Positions 59,120 through 64,000 of a stretch of DNA of 64,000 nucleotides are shown in pieces. Location: positions 123,914 through 187,913 of the forward strand of contig NIVC01002274.1 in NCBI GenBank assembly GCA_002269645.1, in the 5' to 3' direction. The notes under the pieces are model-generated. The model made no database searches and was not told the origin of the DNA. It saw nothing but the letters and a program-made list of their open reading frames with translations. The stretch's first letter is position 1; every line of letters starts with the position of its first letter. Both the position numbers and the translations under genes were made by a program. This DNA is from Macrostomum lignano (Eukaryota).

Positions 59120-59530
59120 GGCAAACACCAACCCCCACATTCAGTCCAGCTTCCTGATTCGCTGATAGCCAACCCCATATCTAGCCCAGAATTCTGATTG
59201 GCTGATAGCCAACCCCATATCTAGCCAAGCCTCCTGATTGGTTAATAGCCAACCCCATATCTAGCCAAGCCTCCCGATTGGCTGATAGTCAACTCCATAT
59301 CTAGCCCAGAATTCTGATTGGCTGATAGCCAACCCCATATCTAGCCAAGCCTCCTGATTCGCTGATAGCAAACCCCATATCTAGCCAAGCCTTCCGATTC
59401 GCTAATAGCCAACCCCATATCTAGCCAAGCCTCCGATTGGCTGATAGGCAACTCCATATCTAGCCCAGAATTCTGATTGGCTGACACCCAACTAACATCC
59501 AGTCTAGCCTTCTGATTGGCTGATAACCAA
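59120..59530. repeat. 40-bp tandem repeat (CTGATTGGCTGATAGCCAACCCCATATCTAGCCAAGCCTC)
   Basis: About 10 copies just 3' of VPS54. Confidence 0.9.
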
Positions 59531-59578
59531 CCCCTCCAACCAGCCCTTGATTAGAGGAAGCTAGCCCTATTGCCTCTC

Positions 59579-61860
59579 TTATTTCCAAAGGTCGGAAAAG
59601 TCGTCGTTGAAATTCTCGAGTCCGCGCAGAGCCGCAGGCTGTCTAAATAGAATGCCATATCGGTGCTGGCGTGCAGATGCTGCGGCGATCTGTCATTGGT
59701 GACGCCGCATTCGCGTAGTTTACGCCGGAAATCTTTCTTTAAATGAGTTGTGCAGCCGCAGGAATATCTCCGTTACCTGGATTGGTCAGTCAGCGGAGTG
59801 GGTGAGAGTTTGAAGTCTTAAAATAATCAGGGCACATGCAGTCATGCCCACTCAATGCCTTACCCTCTGGATACGCACACACGCTCACACAGGGTGTACA
59901 GCGGCCCTGACTGTATAATTATCAGACATGTACACTCTCTGTGCCAAAGGGGTTGGCCCTCATGTGCACAGACATTTCTCTTATATGCTGTCATATGCTT
60001 TATGGCGACATTTTTCAGGCTATTTGATAGATTTTAAGATTCAAATTTTTATTCGTCTACTTTTCTCAGTAGTCTAAATTTAATGTATCGCAAATAAGAT
60101 GTGAACCTAAATGGTGAGAGAGAGAGCACTAGGGATGTAGGAGGCGAGCCAATCAAAGAGCAGGACAGAGCAGCAAGTGTGGACTATTGAGTCCGTATGA
60201 AAGTGCATACTCAATACATAGTCACCTGCTGTCTGGGCAAGAGCTCGGCCATGTTCTCGTGCAGCTTGCAGTGCGCCTGCACCACAGACCGGATGTGAAC
60301 AGACGGCGACGGCGGCCTGAACTGCCAGACAGCCAGCTGCTGTTTGGCCTTGCTGTCCATCAGTTCAACCAGTTTGCGACTGATCTCGGCCGAATGGTCG
60401 CCGTAGTCCTTGGCCGTGTCCAGCAGCGCCCGCTGGCAGACGGCTGGCAGGCCCAGCCTACTGACAAAGTGATTTGTGACGTGCGGCAGGATGGCCAGGA
60501 CCAGCTGCAGGCTGCGCTGAGCCAGGCACAAATTCTTAGTAGTGATGGTCTTCAGTCCGACCAGCTGGATGGCCCCGGCGCCGAGTACGAGCTGGCAGCA
60601 GCGCGAATTGAAGTGCTTCAACAGCTCAACAAGGTGGCCGAACACTTCCCTGGCGGCACAATGCCGCAGGTCAGTGGCTAGCCGACAGTATTCAATAGAG
60701 AATCTCACTAGCATGAGGGTGGCGCTGGACACGCGGAAGTGCTCGCCGCACAGTTCAATGCTGCTGGCCGCCGATGGCGACTGCGCCGATGCGTAGGTCG
60801 CTGACCCAGACGACGATGCCAGGGCGTCGAGGCGGCCCTCGCCGATGGCGCTCGCGAGCAGCTGGAATTCTGCTGGCACGTCTGCCGGCTTCCAGCGCTC
60901 GTTGTCTAGCAGCAGGCTGAGGCTGGTCTTGCGCTCCGCGTGGAACCTGCCGACGAGGCGGAGAGCCTGCGGGGAGGCACAGAACTTTTCAATGCCCTGA
61001 ACTCACTGATCCCCTGAACTCACAGATCCCCTGAACTCACTGATCCCTGAACTCACTGATCCCCTGAACTCACAGATCCCTGAACTCACTGATCCCTGAA
61101 CTCACTGATCCCCTGAACTCACTGATCCCCTGAACTCACTGATCCCCTGAACTCACTGATCCCCTGAACTCACTGATCCCTGAACTCACTGATCCCCTGA
61201 ACTCACTGATCCCCTGAACTCACTGATCCCTGAACTCACTGATCCCCTGAACTCACTGATCCCTGAACTCACTGATCCCCTGAACTCACTGATCCCCTGA
61301 ACCCACTGATCCCCTGAACTCACTGATCCCCTGAACTCACTGATCCCCTGAACTCACTGATCCCCTGAACTCACTGATCCCCTGAACTGCTCTATCGCCA
61401 ACTCCTCGACTTCCTGAACTTTCCCGATCCTTGTGGACTTCAAGATTGACTTTCAAGATACCCGAGGCTCTTTGCCTCCCCAATTGTTTAGTCATGGAAC
61501 TTAAGCGACTAACCTGATTGTGCAATGCGCTGCGCAGCAAAGCGCTGCCTGACTGTCCAGCCGTTTTCGTGGCTGCAGCCGCCGCAGCCGCGGCCGCCGT
61601 AGCTGGCTTGGCCTCTCCGCCGTTGGTAGTCGGTTCATCGACAACGCTGCCGTTCTCGATTTTGCCGCCGTTGCTAGCGTCGTTGTCAACAACAGAGCGC
61701 AGGCTGATGCCGTCAAGTTGGTCGGCGAAGGCGCCAACAAGCGCGGACAGGCGGACAAACTCGGCCGGGCTCAGGCGCTCAAGGAAGGCGTCTTTGGAAC
61801 GGGCGGCCAGAAGTTTCACCGCTTTCTCCTGGCAGATTGAGGCGTCGGGTGATTTAGGCA
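59579..61860 (-). CDS. VPS54: Vacuolar protein sorting 54 (GARP subunit), 3' exons only
   Basis: Exons about 61860-61514 (EKAVKLLAARSKDAFLERL), 60966-60226 (FHAERKTSLSLLLDNERW..FNSRCCQLVLGAGAIQLVGLKTITTKNL) and 59776-59579 (TDMAFY..LRGLENFNDDFSDLWK*, with two compensating indels). The 5' boundary is unresolved and earlier exons are not found in the window. Confidence 0.92.
60990..61388. repeat. 16-17-bp minisatellite (CCCCTGAACTCACTGAT) in VPS54 intron
   Basis: About 24 copies. Confidence 0.95.
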
Positions 61861-61932
61861 TCAGGCTCACCCACAATAAACCGCAGCCAACCAGGAGTCA
61901 GAACTACTTACAGTAGTAAGTACTCGGTGTAG

Positions 61933-62025
61933 CAGGGGTCAGCAAACTCCGGTCTGCAAAGCCTCTCTATCCCACCCGGCCCTCGGGTCCATTACAACTT
62001 TATAACAGCAATCCGGCCCGCTAGA
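61933..62025 (+). mobile_element. hAT/Charlie-like terminal fragment
   Basis: CAGGGGTCAGCAAACT start and CGGCCC motifs typical of Charlie-type ends. No partner TIR seen. Confidence 0.35.
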
Positions 62026-62609
62026 ATAACTAGATGGCCACTCAGCACATTTGCGTGTAAGCTACTTTCAGCTCAGTAGTAAGTTAAACTGAAGCATTTA
62101 AATGTATTTTTAAAACCAAGGCTCATTTATTGGCTCTTACCCCCCCCCCCTCGCTTAAACCAGCCTAAAGCTGCCATGTACATTTCAGTGGACTGGCTAA
62201 TGTACATTATTGCTGAACCAATTAGCAAGCTGTTTACGCCTGCAAGCTTCGGCTTCTAAACTTATCAGTCATTTCAGCTGCCTTTATTTTATAAATAGCT
62301 TATGTATTCTTCTTTGCTACTGAACTGAGAGCAGAAAGCTGTTTTACTAAGTATATGCCTGAGTGGCATCTAGTTATTCTAGTATCTGTGCTTCTCAGTT
62401 CTCTCTTTCTCTCTTCTTATAATCTCTCTCCTCTCTTTTCTTATCTCTTTCCTGTTCTGTCTCCTCTATTTTCTCTTACTCTCTCATCTGGCCCGCAGCA
62501 ATGATCTAAATTCTTTATACGGCCTTTGAGGTAAAAAGTCTGTCGACCCCAGGTGTGGACACCCCACACCAGAATGTTCGTTTCTTAAAAAAATCAGTTT
62601 GAGGCATGG

Positions 62610-63990
62610 AGATCTATACAAGATCTAGACAAATATCCAGTTCGAGTGGAGAGCTCGACAAGATCTAGACAAATATCCAGTTCGAGTGGAGATCTCGACA
62701 AGATCTAGACAAATATCCAGTTCGAGTGGAGATCTCGACAAGATCTAGACAAATATCCAGTTCGAGTGGAGAGCTCGACAAGATCTAGACAAATATCCAG
62801 TTCGAGTGGAGATCTCGACAAGATCTAGACAAATATCCAGTTCGAGTGGAGATCTCGACAAGATCTAGACAAATATCCAGTTCGAGTGGAGAGCTCGACA
62901 AGATCTAGACAAATATCCAGTTCGAGTGGAGATTGCACAAGATCTAGACAAATATCCAGTTCGAGTGGAGAGCTCGACAAGATCTAGACAAATATCCAGT
63001 TCGAGTGGAGAGCTCGACAAGATCTAGACAAATATCCAGTTCGAGTGGAGAGCTCGACAAGATCTAGACAAATATCCAGTTCGAGTGCAGATCTGCACAA
63101 GATCTAGACAAATATCCAGTTCGAGTGGAGATCTCGACAAGATCTAGACAAATATCCAGTTCGAGTGGAGAGCTCGACAAGATCTAGACAAATATCCAGT
63201 TCGAGTGGAGATCTCGACAAGATCTAGACAAATATCCAGTTCGAGTGGAGAGCTCGACAAGATCTAGACAAATATCCAGTTCGAGTGGAGAGCTCGACAA
63301 GATCTAGACAAATATCCAGTTCGAGTGGAGAGCTCGACAAGATCTAGACAAATATCCAGTTCGAGTGCAGATCTGCACAAGATCTAGACAAATATCCAGT
63401 TCGAGTGGAGATCTCGACAAGATCTAGACAAATATCCAGTTCGAGTGGAGAGCTCGACAAGATCTAGACAAATATCCAGTTCGAGTGGAGATCTCGACAA
63501 GATCTAGACAAATATCCAGTTCGAGTGGAGATCTCGACAAGATCTAGACAAATATCCAGTTCGAGTGGAGAGCTCGACAAGATCTAGACAAATATCCAGT
63601 TCGAGTGGAGATCTCGACAAGATCTAGACAAATATCCAGTTCGAGTGGAGAGCTCGACAAGATCTAGACAAATATCCAGTTCGAGTGGAGAGCTCGACAA
63701 GATCTAGACAAATATCCAGTTGGAGTGGAGATCTGCACAAGATCTAGACAAATATCCAGTTCGAGTGGAGATCTCGACAAATCTAGACAAATATCCAGTT
63801 CGAGTGGAGAGCTCGACAAGATCTAGACAAATATCCAGTTCGAGTGGAGAGCTCGACAAGATCTAGACAAATATCCAGTTGGAGTGGAGATCTGCACAGA
63901 TCTAGACAAATATCCAGTTCGAGTGGAGAGCTCGACAAGATCTAGACAAATATCCAGTTCGAGTGGAGATCTGCACAAGATCTAGACAAA
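62610..63990. repeat. 40-bp minisatellite (AGATCTAGACAAATATCCAGTTCGAGTGGAGA(T/G)CTCGACA)
   Basis: About 34 near-identical copies running to the window edge. Confidence 0.97.
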
Positions 63991-64000
63991 TCTCGTGGCA

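Noticed and set aside
61830-61915. Exact 5' boundary of the VPS54 exon (42-nt or 83-nt mini-intron models)
   Set aside because: Neither model gives an open, VPS54-like upstream exon, so the boundary is left unresolved.
62610-63990. CRISPR-like appearance of the 40-bp and other regular arrays
   Set aside because: Units are contiguous with no unique spacers, there are no cas genes, and the context is eukaryotic.

Overview
Eukaryotic (metazoan invertebrate) genomic DNA. GC3-rich spliced exons, a different minisatellite in almost every intron, and the presence of both a USP gene and major vault protein suggest a free-living flatworm such as Macrostomum; this is inference only. Host genes reconstructed by hand from GT-AG boundaries: Sec61 gamma, an intronless universal stress protein, major vault protein (6 exons, 861 aa), a degenerate tandem-C2 synaptotagmin-like protein (3 exons, 367 aa), AP-1/AP-2 beta adaptin (7 exons, 955 aa), MRG15/MORF4L1 (6 exons, 405 aa), an orphan 303-aa ORF and the 3' part of VPS54. 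The best mobile element is an apparently intact 3.28-kb Chapaev-type (RAG1/Transib-like) DNA transposon at 50273-53554, with 241-bp TIRs starting CACAGCA, a 4-bp GCAT TSD and a 701-aa transposase. Also present are hAT-type MITEs, a tRNA-derived SINE, a decayed non-LTR reverse transcriptase, a Crypton-like fragment and over 20 tandem arrays. The most unusual unexplained signal is two sharply bounded, roughly 2-kb domains that are nearly CpG-free and rich in TpA/CTAG, covering the 5' ends of MRG15 and beta adaptin. No CRISPR, rRNA or tRNA genes were found.
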